Origin: Amoebidium appalachense | Lineage: Eukaryota; Protista; Ichthyosporea | DNA length: 64,000 bases | Assembly: GCA_963693365.1 (NCBI GenBank) | Contig: CAVNZM010000013.1 | Coordinates: 6,479,285-6,543,284, forward strand | Direction of reading: 5' to 3' | Shown: positions 39,102 to 59,477 of the stretch, one piece after another | How positions within the stretch are numbered: position 1 is the stretch's first letter | Layout: each line of letters starts with the position of its first letter | Notes under the pieces: generated by a model | The model's input: the letters and a program-made list of their open reading frames with translations, nothing else | Database searches by the model: none | Told to the model about the DNA's origin: nothing | Made by a program: the position numbers and the translations under genes

Positions 39102-39389
39102 GTGGTGAAACACTGTTTGTAATTGACTTTTCTGTATGGGTTTTGCACGAATGAATCAATGAATAGAATGTTGCATGCTGGCACGTAGGAACATTCGAAC
39201 GTAGGAGCATTGGTATTGGTATGAGGTTTTGTGCTAAGCTATTGCAACCCGTTTAATAATTATAGTTATAGTTATAGCGTCTAGTATCTATGAAGTTTTG
39301 AATGTTGAAATGGCTTTTTCGCCGGCGGCACGGTGGGGGATCTTCGAAGGGGTTGGGTACACGTGGGTAGGTGGGTGGATGTGTGTGTG

Positions 39390-39427
<38 letters not shown>

Positions 39428-40603
39428 AGGGAAAGTTGAAAAGACTCGGCGAATGCATTGATAATATACAGCCGATGCCACAGATCGTAGTGTGCATATG
39501 GGGGTTGCCAGAGCCTCAGTGTGGTTCAAATCATGCGCATGCGGAGAAGGGTCAGCCTCAGGCCATTCCCTCCCCCCCCCCCTCAACCCCAAACAGCCAC
39601 CCGTGTACGTATACACGTACGTATCTATGCATGGACCCAACCCAATCTGTGCACTAGTGCCTGCACACGCATGCAAGTAACGCACACGGAACTTGATGTA
39701 CGCGCACCCACACACACACAAACCGTTGTCCACAAGTGTACACACGTGCACAAAAACGTGTCAGCATTGACTTAGCACACACACTGGCATACACCCTCAC
39801 TATAGTGAAGCCTAAAGGTATCGAACCCGTCGCCATGGCCAATGGTGACAATGATTGCGGGTGGCGTCAGTGAGTACCTTTTTCTGACTGTCAAATCTCC
39901 AAATATATATGGACACAACCTACCACCTACTGAAGCGGTGCCTCCTTTTTTTTTTTTTTTTTTGCCGCCTCAAGTAGATGTATAACTGTGCGGCAACACG
40001 TCAGTACGTGTTAGGGACACAACTGGCATGTCGTGTAATACCTGAAAATTGCACGTGGGTGCTTACACACCCATACACATTTGCGCACATATTAACATGA
40101 TACTGCCCGTGAGGGCCCTTACAGTTGGACAGATAATATGCCTGAGTGCATGGACGACTGTGCACATGCACCTGGACGTGTGAACGAACATGCACACTCC
40201 AACTTGTCACGGGTTTTCTGGTGCAATTAGGGAGAGCACAAGTGAGCACGCAAGCCCATGCGCAGGTATACATGCTTGTGATGTAATCGACAGTTTCAGC
40301 TGTGTTTTTATATGCGGCAGGGTGCTTATTTACGATATAGAGGCGTACTACAAGTGCTGGAACCTCGCAAACACTCCGACCATCGACTTGCCTCAAAATA
40401 AAAAGAAGCACATAAATACATCATCGACTTGCCCTGGAAGTTATTCAAAACGAAGAACATTACTACAACTTTTAATCTATAAATAAATTCAAACACAGGC
40501 ATTTCTAAGAAAGGGCATTAGGGTCACCCTCATCAAGGTCTGCACAAGTCAGGAAAGAGACCAGCTCTCCCATTGATACGATACAACAAGAACACTACAT
40601 CTG

Positions 40604-42274
40604 TCAACTAAACATATCCAGACAGCAAGAATTTTCACTAATTGCCAACAGACCGTTCTGCTTAGGTCGGAAATCACTTTTGAGAACGTGCCGTGCATCA
40701 GACCTTGAAATCAAAACTCTTCAATGGGTGTGCATAAAGGGACGTATGTACATATATGTATATATATACCTATATCTTCTATTTACATCAAGTGCTTGTG
40801 TTATCTGTCTTCATTGTGCAGCGCGTATAAAGGACAAGCCTTTACCTGATTTCATTCATGGTGTTCTGATTAGCGTTTTCGAAGTGCTGAGGGAACAGCC
40901 ACACACCCCTGTTCCTTGGCATAATTTCCAGCTCTTGCTTTGTTTCTTTCGTCGTGCTTACGGCATCCATGTCTCCCCCATCCTTCCACCGGCATTGTGG
41001 GCTTTCTGCGCCGCTGGGGGCCTCACCGCGTGTGTTGAGGGGCCAAGTTTGCCTTCTCCCAAGCGGTGATGCCTCCCTACCGAAGCAACTCTTGAAGAAA
41101 CTGGTACCCGAGGGAGCGCTCGTTTGATGTTTCGGAGTTTCTGGCGGGTGGAGCATGTGGTAGAACTCGCTTTGCAGAAAGCGTGGATAGTGGTCGTTGT
41201 GAAGAAGTTCCTGATGGTAAAAGGACAAGGGTGAGTATACCAGGCGGCGTAGAATTCTCCAAAGAATAAACACGGGTTGTGTTGTCTGCAGATCAGGGAG
41301 TTTCAGCTTCCACCAACCACAGAAAGCCTTTTGTGACCAACAGCACACCTGCAAATCTCGTTATTAAGCTGAATAACACAGCTGTTTTCACGAAAAACAA
41401 AAGATGAACACGAGTACCTACAAACGTTCCCATCTGTTAAGTCGATACTGTGCAAATTAATTCTGTCAAGCACACGACATACCGAGCAGTGACGAACAGC
41501 AGGCTCGAACAAGTCGGCGTCCACAAAGGCCGAGCTAGCCAAGCGGCAAAGATGCCTCCTCGTTTCATCACACAAGTTGATCTGCTGGGGTGCTCCCTCC
41601 TTGACATACGTGTCGATGATGAAGTCACGAACGGTTGCCGTTGGGCTCTTCTGGTATGCCCGTGCGCGGCACACAAAGCTCAGTGTTTCACTGCTGTACT
41701 CGCTCGCTAGGAAGGTTTGGAAAAGCTTGAGCTCACGCCTGTGCCGAGGAAAGGCGTGTCAATAACAGATCACGTCCATGACACACCAAGTTGCTCCAAA
41801 AGAAAACTGGATAATGTGTGTGTGGGTGCCACGAGCGCTTTCTAACCAAACGGCCAGTTTGTTAGAGAAACCGGACAACCGGAGGGTGTTCGGAAGCACA
41901 AATAGAAGTCACACATCCATGCACAAAAGCGCACAGATATAGTAGCAGCACAAACACACACAGCGCCCATGAAAAAACATAGGCAATACCAGCACCCACT
42001 CTCCCATGCTTAACGCCCAAACCCACCCACGTATATATGAATGGGCACACCTGTTCTTGGCCGGTGTTGCTTCCACTACCCAAGATGTTTCGCCGCCCTC
42101 GCAAGTACACACCCCGGCTGCTGCGTGCTTCTTGCAAAGAATGAATTGGTCGATAGATGACCCAGGAATGTTCCCAATTGTGGAAATCGTGTCGTAGTCT
42201 ACGAGGGTGCGTCTGCGTGCAAGGCTAAAGAGCAAACGAGGCCATCGTAGCCGGGAAGAAGCCCTGAACTGCAT
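40604..42274 (-). CDS. Regulator of G-protein signalling (RGS) domain protein
   Basis: Exons 42274-42051, 41738-41483, 41210-40846 and possibly 40703-40604. RGS signature: LFQTFLASEYSSETLSF...IIDTYVKEGAPQQINL...DLFEPAVRHCS|ELLHNDHYPRFLQSEFY. The ends are less certain; it could stop at 40842. Confidence 0.85.
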
Positions 42275-44482
42275 GTCTCTTACTATTAGTGAGCGCCGCT
42301 TTCTTTAATGTGCGTAACGAAGAAACTTATGCTGATAAAGAAAATATCTATGTTTGCTCTTGAGGTTAGGTAAGGCTCTTGGATTGACGAGCCATTCCAA
42401 CACTATGTTATTGCCTCATGTTTGGTTGTTGTTCTGAGGTGTCATGCAAGGCAGTCAGTTCAAGTCAGAATTTATGCTATAACCTTTTGAGTTCTTGAAT
42501 TCTCGCCTATAGTTTGGTGCTGTTCTTTCGTTCAAACTGGGTTCAAAGACTCGGCTTGGGTTCAAGTTAGTAATCAGGTGAAGTTTGCTCAGAATTTGGT
42601 GGGTGGTTGCAAATGCTACCAATATCAGTGCTATACACGTAGAACAACTAGGGAAATACGCTACTTCTCAAACTTTATGGAGGAGAAACTAGTATAAAAA
42701 AATGAGAGGATGCGAGAGCAAAACAGAAGCGTCAAAAAGTTAGAACTTGGCAACTGAGCCTATGGCGACATGTGTCTGTTGGCTTGTGTCGACTGGAAAC
42801 GACACGGGAAGTGTGTGGGCCGGTGGGCCACTCATCAACCATCGGCAAATCTATCTTGGAATATCGCAGATTATGGGTACCAGGTGGGATAGAACGTAAT
42901 TACATTGGTCTTCTGAGATATTTGTTTGAATACTAATATTATGTTCAAGCCCGGTAAAAAAAAGGATTAAATAGACAGTTGTAACAAAACACAATATCTA
43001 GCTTTGCTTACAGAATAAAAGACATCGCACTTAGCTTTTGGTAATATCTGCTATCATAATTTGCATCATAATAAGAGCTTCTTCGTTCATCCAAAGTGGA
43101 ACTATGGCTATGAAAGGACGGAAATGCTGGACAAACTTTTTTTTTTGGACAAAGAATGGAAATTGACAAAATTAATCAAAAAGTGCGAATCCACGATGTT
43201 TTGATCTCCCTCATCTGCTCAACAGACAGATCTACAATTTCTCTCACTACGAAAACATGTAATATGTTAAAAGCCGACTATACTAGTATCATTACAAGTA
43301 GACTTTAACTCTAAATACATATAAATTAACCAAATTTGGTTTTTAAGAACCTTCTATTATCATGTATCATAACAAGACGCAAGGTTCTGAGATCTGTGGG
43401 AATTTGTGCTGTTTTGCAATTCAAGGTGATTTATGGACCCCGAACATCTTCGCTCATTCATTGATGTGGCACAAGCTTAGCCCAGTATAAGATCTCTAGA
43501 TTGAGAATCAGATGATAAGAGATGAACAGCACATGCCTGAAACATACTGTGAAATATGAAGGATTTTATTTATTCTGACCCCTTTCCCCCTGTATATGTG
43601 TTGCTATGCATACAAGGACCGCATAGGCTAAGGCCAACAAATACAGGATTCTACCGGGAGTTTGGGCCAGGCGCACCAAAAATTTTAGAAGGAATCACCA
43701 AGTATAGGGATCCAACACACCAAGGGAAATTTTCACAACGCGAGTCTTTGTTGCTTCACCGTCCTCCATGATATTTTTGTGGCCCTGAAATGAGCTTAAA
43801 TGAATAATCCAGTTGTTTTAAGTTGCTATAAATTCAATACTAAATGTTTTTGTTGACTTTTGTTAACTTTAACTTGAGATTGGCGCCTATTGTTGTTATT
43901 CAGAAGCATTATTTTCCTGGCAATGTAGAAAATATGAGGAACCTGAAATCAAAAAATATTGGTGGTATTCGGTTGAACCCCGGGGTATATATAAACACCA
44001 AATTCTGATTGGGTGCTGAGCTTTATCGTCATTGTTTAGGAAAAGTTTCATCAAAGCAACTGACGATCGATTGGTTTACAGCAACCGAAAGTGCTTTCAA
44101 CCAAAACTTCTGACTCAGTCAACACTCAACAGCACACATAAAACTTATAAATACATTGTACATTGTTGGTTATAATGGCCACCAATTAATTATTTGAACG
44201 CAAAACGCAAAAAAATGCTTCGGTTATCTGATTTACATGTGATTAACCGGGCACACACCTTGACCGTATAGATGCATATAGTTTTTTGATTCGTTACATA
44301 TCACAATGTTGTTTGAGCTTGTCTTGCTGAGACTCCTTGGGCCGCAGAGTTGCTTGCCCGTCAACAAAGTGGGGCAACGTTTCAAGCCCTGCCTGTTTCC
44401 GAAGGCTTCCAAAAGTAATACGCTAAATTCAAAAGAAAATTGCTGTTTTGTTCCTGACCAGCAATTGATTTTTTATTATGGG

Positions 44483-45042
44483 TTTTAGGGGAAGGAGGGG
44501 AGGGGAGACAGAGGGGAGGAAGGGGGTGTACACAAGGCTTTTGACGGTACCATACGAAGATGACAGATCAGTCAATTATCTTGAGCAGATCTGTTAATTT
44601 TTTAGTTATTTCAAACCCCGTGACTCAATGGCATCGCACTGTGACTCACAGTACACATTTCCAACAGTCGCTCCGGACAAGAAACGGTTGCCTGATATCG
44701 ATAGATGCAAACGTAGGAAAAACACTGAATGCGTACCGTTAGAGCGCGTGCGGCGTGCGGCGTGCGGCATATTGCACTTTTAAATTTTGCATTTTTTTTT
44801 TAGGGGAAGGAGGGGAGGGGAGACAGAGGGGAGGAAGGGGGTGTACACAAGGCTTTTGACGGTACGATACGAAGATCAGTCAATTATCTTGAGCAGATCT
44901 GTTAATTTTTTAGTTATTTCAAACCCCGTGACTCAATGGCATCGCACTGTGACTCACAGTACACATTTCCAACAGTCGCTCCGGACAAGAAACGGTTGCC
45001 TGATATCGATAGATGCAAACGTAGGAAAAACACTGAATGCGT
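44483..45042 (+). repeat. Near-identical ~250-bp direct duplication
   Basis: 44483-44734 and ~44798-45042 (taggggaaggaggggagggg...aacactgaatgcgt) are separated by ~60 bp containing (gcgtgcg)3. Confidence 0.9.
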
Positions 45043-45269
45043 GTCGCTGCAGCAATACCCTTGGAACTGCATAACGGTTAACCGTTAAATTTTACTCATA
45101 CCTGTATGCTGATTGCCGGCCAGACGTCTACCAATTAGTCAAAGCTTTCACCCCTCCCCGAGGCCACGGGATCCATTCCCCCCCGTCCCCTCCCCTCCCC
45201 CCAACCCCCCTCTCCTCCTCCCTCCCCTCCCCGCCGCTCAACACATCACCGACCCCATGGGCACTCCCG

Positions 45270-45303
<34 letters not shown>

Positions 45304-48300
45304 TCCCCTCCCCCCCATCCCCACCCCACCCCCTCCCCCCGCCCAGGCCCCCGATCGAGATCCTTGCTTCCTCCCTCCTTTCAATAGTCGTCTCAGCTAT
45401 TTCCCTCCGATAATTCAAAACCATAATTTAAAATTAGTGCTACTCGAGGGTAGAGTGTGGTGTTGCTGGATTATGTGAATCTGGGGAGAAAAGGGAGGGA
45501 AGGGGGGATGTTTGGGGGGGGGGGGGGGTTGAGATTTATGTAGGAGTTCAAGAGAAGCAGACTAAGGACCGGAAATTTAAGGACCCCCCTCCTCCCCCCC
45601 CCCCCCCTTCCCCCCTCCCTCCCCCTTTCCCCCTCCTCCACCTTCCCGGGAAATGGATATCCGTATTAAAGAGTGGTGGTGGTGTGCGTGTGCCTGTGTG
45701 TTTGTTGGCGAAGGGTGCAGAATGAGAATTCGAAAGTGTGTCTGTGTTTGTGTGGATGTGTTTGTGCATGTTTTGTGTGTGTGTGTGTGTCGGGGGGGGG
45801 GGGGGGGGGGGGGGGGGGGGATAGTCCAAATAGAGCTGGACCTACTGTAGGTGCCGAACGAGGAAAATTCAAAGAGCAATTACTGGCACTGTAGTGAAGA
45901 TAAACAACTTTTGCGCACAAAAGATCACGGGAGAGACGTTATGCCAGAAGAACACTCGATACTGCCTGTTTACCGTGATTTCTTCCCTCCCCCCCCCCTT
46001 CGTTTCGCGTTTGACATGCTACGGTCTTACAGTGACTTGGCCTATATGCCGCGGCAGAATGAAACTACATCAGATTATACTTCTGTAGCATTGTAACTCA
46101 GTTAATTCGTTGCTTGCTTTCCGAAGTCCTTGGGTGGGTAACAATCCACTAAAGACATCTCAATCATGATTCCTTCTCCCCACCACCCCCATATGGCCAC
46201 CCCCCTCATTCCCGGCTTCCCCCCCCCCCCCCCCCTCCTGGGACTTCTCTGTTCGAGTTCCCCCGGTGCCTGCGGGTTCCGCCAAAGCTACAACCGGATC
46301 TAGCAGGACTGAAAATAGGACTGAAGACTTCAACTACGGTAGTTTGTGATGTCATGGTTATTTAACCCAAGTGGTGCTAAATTATGCGCGGTGGCAGGTG
46401 TAGCACTTTTTTTTTTTAGCAGTTATGAAGTCTCAGTGTAGCTGTAGCACCGGCCCATGTGTGTTAAAAAAAAAAACTCAGTGTAGCACTGAGATTTCTG
46501 GTAATAGTGGACTGGTACCTATTGGACTGTAATTTGACACTTGGAGGTGTAGGACTAGCGTGTGATTTGCCAGTATTGGAGGGTCAAAAGCCTGTAAACT
46601 GTAATGATAAAGAAGTGTGGCCCTGTGCTTTCATAGAGGTGTGGCCCTGTGCTTTGATAGAGGTGTCTGGCACTATCGCATGCATAGATTTACGAATAGC
46701 TGACAGGTGACCACCCACTTTGAAAAAGAGTTTTGGCCTAGTCATACTCCCTCATTCCCCCCCCCCCCCCCCCCTCCCCTGGAGGTCCCTCGAACCCAAT
46801 CACCGCCCCTCCTCCCCCCTTTCCCGGGGTCCCCCTCCCCACCCTCCCCCCTCCCTCCCTCCCCTCCCCCCCTCCCCCCCCCCCCCCCCCAAAAAAAAAG
46901 GACCCAAACGACAGCAAAAGAAGAAGTCGGAAATTTGAGTCAGAGCAGGGGAAAGTGAGGTGAAGGCGCCCCATGCTACCTTCATGGCGTAATGGCTGGA
47001 CGTTCCCCGGGAGATCAGTTGACATCTATGTAGTACTGTGTGTGTGTTCAGCCCTAACTGAGGCAACTCTCTCTGTGTCTGTGTGTGCGTGTGTGTGTGT
47101 ATGGACTACGGGTGTGGGATGCACTTTGGTTCATACGAATCATGATACGATAGACCCTCGCTCGCACCTGATTGGACATAGCACAATCCGATAACGTATG
47201 ATCAGGGGGGAACGGATCGATCCACGGAGCACCAAAAAGGGGTCGCCAGGCTCATCAAGCAGGGTTTGCCCCCCTCACATAGGCCCCAGACACATATAGG
47301 GTCATGTTTATTGGGTTTATCCCCCATGATTTTGGTGGTAAATAATCGAATACCGTGATCTCAGCGGTTTATCGAAAAGATCTCCCTATACCTAGGGGCC
47401 TCCGTCCTATGGACCTGTCTCTGTCGGGTGTGTGTCCGGTAGCGCGCATTTATCCCCTGTGTGTGTGTGGGTGGGTGTGTGTGCCTGTGGGTGTGTGTTG
47501 TGTGTCTGTGTGTGTGTGTGTCTGTGTGTGTGTGTGTGTGTGTGTGATGTACATGTGTACGTATGCATGTCTGTGCGTGTGCAACCGAGTGTGTGCGTGT
47601 CGAAGTGCACTGCACGGCACAATGACCCCCTTGTGTCTCTTTGTGCACATGCATAGTGTAACTCACGGTGTTCATGTGATAATAAGTGTACCAGAGTGCG
47701 AAGAGGGGGAGGGAGTGGGGCGGGGGGGGGGGGGGGGGGGGGGGAGGAGGAATACCAGAGGTGCCTGACTATGTGATATATCGATTGATAGATGGCGATG
47801 GTCAGTGCGGGTGTAACTTTTGATAATAGCATGAATACCACATGATGTTCTGCAAGCCAGCTGCCTCATTGACCCCCCCTCCCCCCACCTCCACCCCCAC
47901 CCCCTCCTTCCCCCCTCCTCCGAAAGCCTTCGGGCTGAGCTGTTATGATGCATGCATATGATGAATGGAACCCAGGACCCGAGGGGACAGATCATCTTAC
48001 TTAAGCACCTGGTTATGATTATCACCTCATACCACTTTATCTCTACCTCTCCCCCTCGTGCACCCCCTCCCCCTCCTCCACTTTATATCCGCCCCCCACC
48101 CTCCCTCTCTTCCTCTATCTCACATATACCTCACCCCCACCCCCCCCCTTTCCCACCACCATCACCCCTACCAGGCTCCTGAGTAGGCTACCATATGAAG
48201 CGCTGCCCTTCCTACCGGAACTTAGACACGACAACAAGACTAATACCTGTTTACGCTTTTTTCGAAACCGGTATTCTCCTACCCTCCCCCCTCCCCTTCC

Positions 48301-48492
48301 CCCCCCCCCCCCCCCCTCTTTCCCCCTCCTTCTCTCTCTTTTTTAAAAGATATCTTTCCCCCCTTTCCCCTCGAGCCCCCCCCCCCCCCCCCTCCCCCTC
48401 CCCCCCTGCTCCCACCCTTGATGCTTTCCCCGAAGTAACGAGCAGAGGCCTGGAGGTCTTTCCTCTCGTCAACCAACTGCCTACAGTAGCAC

Positions 48493-48540
<48 letters not shown>

Positions 48541-48616
48541 ACGCACTCACGCGTGTCACACACGCGCGCGTGCGCGCCCGCACACACACACACACACACA
48601 CACACACGCATGCACG

Positions 48617-48673
<57 letters not shown>

Positions 48674-49080
48674 CATGGCCCTGTTAGGTAGAGATAACAT
48701 TCTAATATGTCTTCTGCTGCTTTATTCACCGATCAATTTAATACTAAGTCGAAATACTCCAGCAAAGTTCTGAAGTTGTTCCAGACAACCTTCATACTCT
48801 TAAAAAGCCCAATAGCATCTGCCCTTACAACCACAGCGGTATTCCGTTAAAATCTAAATCTAAATTTGCAGATTTTATACGATATACTTGCCTTAGCAAG
48901 TACTTCAAGTTACCCAAGTTTCATTCATAAGCCCCTATCCTTACTTGCCCAATAGCAACGACATCGCACAATCTCTTATGCAGCTTTTTTTTCCCACCTC
49001 CACCCCTCCATAGCGTCAACCTCGATCATTTCCACTCACTCTCCCTCCCTCATTTCAATTTCCGATCTCTTCCAATCCTC

Positions 49081-55061
<5,981 letters not shown>

Positions 55062-55221
55062 GATGGCGGTGTGCTTCTGCGTGGATTTTATTTGTGGATT
55101 TGTATTATGGTTAGCGGCGGGGGGTTATGCTTTCTTTGGTTTTTGAGCACACACGCACAGACACACATGCACATACACTCATATGTACGCACACACGCGC
55201 ACGCGCAAACAAACACACACA

Positions 55222-55256
<35 letters not shown>

Positions 55257-55838
55257 CTTCTTCCCCCGACCAACGCACCCTTTTCGGCCCCTGCCCTCCC
55301 CCCTTGCCCCGCCCCGCCCCCAAACCTCTTCCCTCCAACTCCTCTCTCCTCCTCCCCCCGCCCCCTCTCACTCGGCTCCTCTTTTCTTATTGTGTAACTT
55401 TCTTATGTGTTCTCCTTTCTCCTTCTATTTTCCTGTTTAGTTTCTTTGGTGCACTCATGTGTCCCACCGCTAGTCCGGGGAGCTGTGCAAAGACAATGTG
55501 GGCCCGCATTCGTTTGTGTGTGTATATATGGTCTATGGGGGTGTGGCAGGTTTGTGGTCACGCTGATTTGTGCTTATGTATGTGGGGTGGGTGGTGCTTG
55601 GGGTCATGTGCATACGGCAGCGTCAGTGTTCATGTATGAATGTGCATGTATGTATGTATGTCCTGTACCAATGTGCGTGTGGTTGTTGTGCTTGCGTGTC
55701 CAACAATAGTTGCTATAAATGTAAGGTAACTTTTAACATAGTGGTTGCAAGGTGTGGGAGTGTCAAAGTATGTTGCAAGCGTGACTGTGTGTCCCGTGGT
55801 GTGTGCGTGTGCGCATGCGTGTGTGCGTGTGTGTGTGC

Positions 55839-55903
<65 letters not shown>

Positions 55904-57876
55904 CGTGTGTGCGTGTGTGCCCGTGTGTGCGTGTGTGTGCGCGCTCGTGTATGTGTGGTGTATGCCTGCCACCGTTACCTTAAAATTCGAATGCACGATG
56001 TGTGAATGTGCCTGTCAAAGACGTGTGTGTGTTGAATAACTTAGGTGTGAATAAATGTACGCGCCCGTATGTGCGTGTTGTGTGTCTGCATGTGCCTGCA
56101 AGTGTGTGTGTGTGCAACGGTTTATAGTATCGTGCGAGTACGGGTGTATGATGTGCCTGTTTCTTTCGTTTTTGTGCCGTGTGTGTTGTGGGCGTTGCAA
56201 TCCGGGTGCCCGACCGCGCGAGTAGTGTCCTTCCTACATACCTCATTCAGTAAACGCTGAGCTGATATCTATGAAGCGAACTTGAAGTTTATGTTTCTGT
56301 AGGTACATAGGTGAAGTGCTTTTGTTTTGATGCGCTTCGAATGGTTCGTCACGTTTTCATAAGGCTTTGTTGCGATTGGTTAAGTAATAAAAGCAATAAG
56401 CCAATAAAACAATCGTTTTCAAGGCAAATATCGCCTATAACCCTGCCTGTAACCAATCGATAATACTCTTCGCATGGTGCAAAATTCCACTTCCACTGCC
56501 CAGAACTTTGCCATACTGCTAACTCCTTCCTAGGGACAAAAGCTCAATTTCTTTATGATAATATCAGCACATATACAGCGGAACAAAAATAATGCGAATA
56601 ATTTTTGGATGTTTCATAGGGGCTATTTATGATATTTATGATACTCTGCACTGCGCAGTTCCACTTTTATCCACCCAATCGGGTTCATGGTAGAGTAACC
56701 ACCAATCAAAATACACTTCATATCATCCAATAGGTGTCGTTCAAAAATAACTGTTGCCAACTTGCCACTGCGGCAGTGCCTCGATTGTGTCGTGGACTCG
56801 TGTGACCGTTGCAGTGCCACCATGTGTTTGCGCCGGTGTGTGCGTGTGCGTACTATGATAGATACTTATGTCATTTATAACATGCATTTCAGTCAGGACA
56901 ACAACACCGGTGGGTGATGGCCGCGGCACGCTGCTGTGCCGGAACGCGCGCGCGTGTGTACTTGCATTGTGAGCCACTTTTACTATGGCGCGTGTAATCT
57001 GAACTCCCGGGCCTGAAGCATTTTCCGATCTGGCGGTGGCACACTCTAGGCTGACCGGGTCAGACCACTGCCGGCTTGCAGTACTTGCACTGCAAGCCCA
57101 GGGCCAGGCGCGCGGCGCCACGAGGCGACAACCAGTGCCCCCATCGTGAAAATGAAGGGTTGTTGCACTGTTTATATATACCTTTTGGCGGATTCCTAAA
57201 TCGGCATCTGGTCAAAGGTGCTGTTTTGATTGGCGGAAGCGATCACCCAAAAGTTATGACTGCTACTTGATCGGCTCAACCGATGCGTTTTCACTCCAAT
57301 CAATGCAGCCGTTGAAACCCAAACTGAGTGTGATTGAATACGTGCATATAAACAGCTACAAATAAAATGAAATCGAGATTTTGAGCGGTGCAAAAATAAT
57401 ATTCCTCCAGACTTTTCTTAGGACTACTAAAGAGTGTTAAAAAGTAGGAACATCATCACAAACTTGTATTTTAGCCTGATTGTAGCATTTTAATGTAATA
57501 AAGTTATATAAAAATGCTATGACTAACGTTTTTTGTCATCAATAATGGACACAAGTAGGCCAGAATAGAGGAATCTTGATCAAATTTTTGCTACTTTAGT
57601 ATATTGATGTACGATTGGATTATCTTGATGTCATTGTGCAGTGGACCAGTCGGGTGTCGGGCAGATCTGAAAACCAACTTCTGTTTGATTGGTTCGGGTG
57701 TGGGACAGTTCGTTCGATTGGAGGATCTCAAACGTCTCTAACGTCGAAAAAATCTGCCATGCGGCGCGGCAGTCAGCGCACCATTTTAGGTGTTCGCCGC
57801 GGCCGCGAGGGCCCGAGATCTCCATGTGTGCGGCTGAGATCGCAAAAGGGACTCGTGGGAACACAAATATAATACA

Positions 57877-58037
57877 GCACGTGTGGAATCAAAATGCAGA
57901 CACTAAAGCACGTGTGAACACAAAAATACTGACACTGAAGCATGTCTGAGTACAAAAAAACAGTCACTATAGCACATGTAAGCACAGAAATACAGTCACT
58001 AAGGCACGTGGGGTCACCAAAACACAGACACTTAAAG
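57877..58037 (+). repeat. Five degenerate ~32-bp tandem units, several with an E-box (CACGTG)
   Basis: Units: gcacgtgtggaatcaaaatgcagacactaaa / gcacgtgtgaacacaaaaatactgacactgaa / gcatgtctgagtacaaaaaaacagtcactata / gcacatgtaagcacagaaatacagtcactaag / gcacgtggggtcaccaaaacacagacacttaaa. Confidence 0.75.
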
Positions 58038-58360
58038 ACCATTTAGATTTACTAATTGAGAATCTCAATGTGTTTGCTTCGCTCTAGAGAGATCCAGCCA
58101 GCCGAACCGGCGAAATGAAGGGCTGAGTGATCGGCGGTCATATACCAAATCCTGCTTATAATGCTTAAAATCAATAATCTGAATAGAAAAGGGGTTTTGG
58201 TCCATTAGTAAATAATTTGATAAACAAAGCGACAAGCAATTTTTGTATAAGAAACATGGGGTGTCCGGCGCCTATTTCGTAGCGAAAACAGGCAAAAAGC
58301 ATAATTTCATCATAGACGATCGACCTCGAGGCAAGGTGGTAGGTACGGACCACTTTGGAT

Positions 58361-59178
58361 CTATAATAGGCCGATCTGTGGAATGCGGCTCTGGAGCCAT
58401 AGGGCCTTCCCGTGTGCAGACTGCGCAGCCGCGGCGCCATGGTTTTCCGTGCGAAACTTACAACACCTACAAGAACTGAAGCGACTCTATCTAACCTACT
58501 TTAAGCTAGTATAAGCGCACTTTTAGAGTAGTGAGTAATTGTATATGACACAAATAACAACAGTTTAAAATATTGGTTAAACAATCAAAAGCCCCGCACG
58601 CACATGCCTGCTCATCAGTAGAGCTGCAGTCTACCTCCGGAGTCTAGATCTGTGGACGTGGTGGTATGGTGTGTGGTTCACGGAACTATGGTTAGAAGAC
58701 GCCGTGACGTGGCCCAGTAGAGTGAAAAAAGAACCTATAAGAGCCAAAGGTTATGCAGAGACCACTTTAACCCGGTCACTGCAACTTGTTTTGTGTCATC
58801 GACAACAAGCCACTACACCTCAAACCTGTTACCGGAGCTTGTCCCGCTGTACGCCCGTTCTAGAAGGTGCAAACAGTGGGGTTTTGGTGCTACCACTCAG
58901 AAGAAGCCAAATAAACATGACTTGGTTGTTCAGGCATAGGCTCAAGTTTGTCCCACCCCCATCATGCTCAACTTATACACTGCCCATAACCACCCACCGC
59001 CCGCTAGTCCCCCCTCTACACAACTAACTTAGGCAAGAACACCGGGCCGTAAGAAACACACACACACATACAAACAAAAATACACACAAACACACACACA
59101 CACACGCACACACGCACACACGCACACACACATGTCGTACACACACACACACACACAGACACACACACACACCAGAGT

Positions 59179-59218
<40 letters not shown>

Positions 59219-59227
59219 AAGAGAGAG

Positions 59228-59286
<59 letters not shown>

Positions 59287-59446
59287 CCGTGACACACACA
59301 CACACATAAACACACAAATAACTACATGTAAACAAGGCAGCTTGACCTCGCTCACTTCAACACTTCTTACACAGATCTGTTACCTTCTCCATATCGACCC
59401 CACCTTCCCCAGCCGCCCCACCCAAACCCCACTTTTGCCCGCCAGC

Positions 59447-59477
<31 letters not shown>

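Noticed and set aside
57877-58037. CRISPR-like 32-bp periodicity
   Set aside because: There is no repeat-spacer alternation; the whole unit is degenerate.
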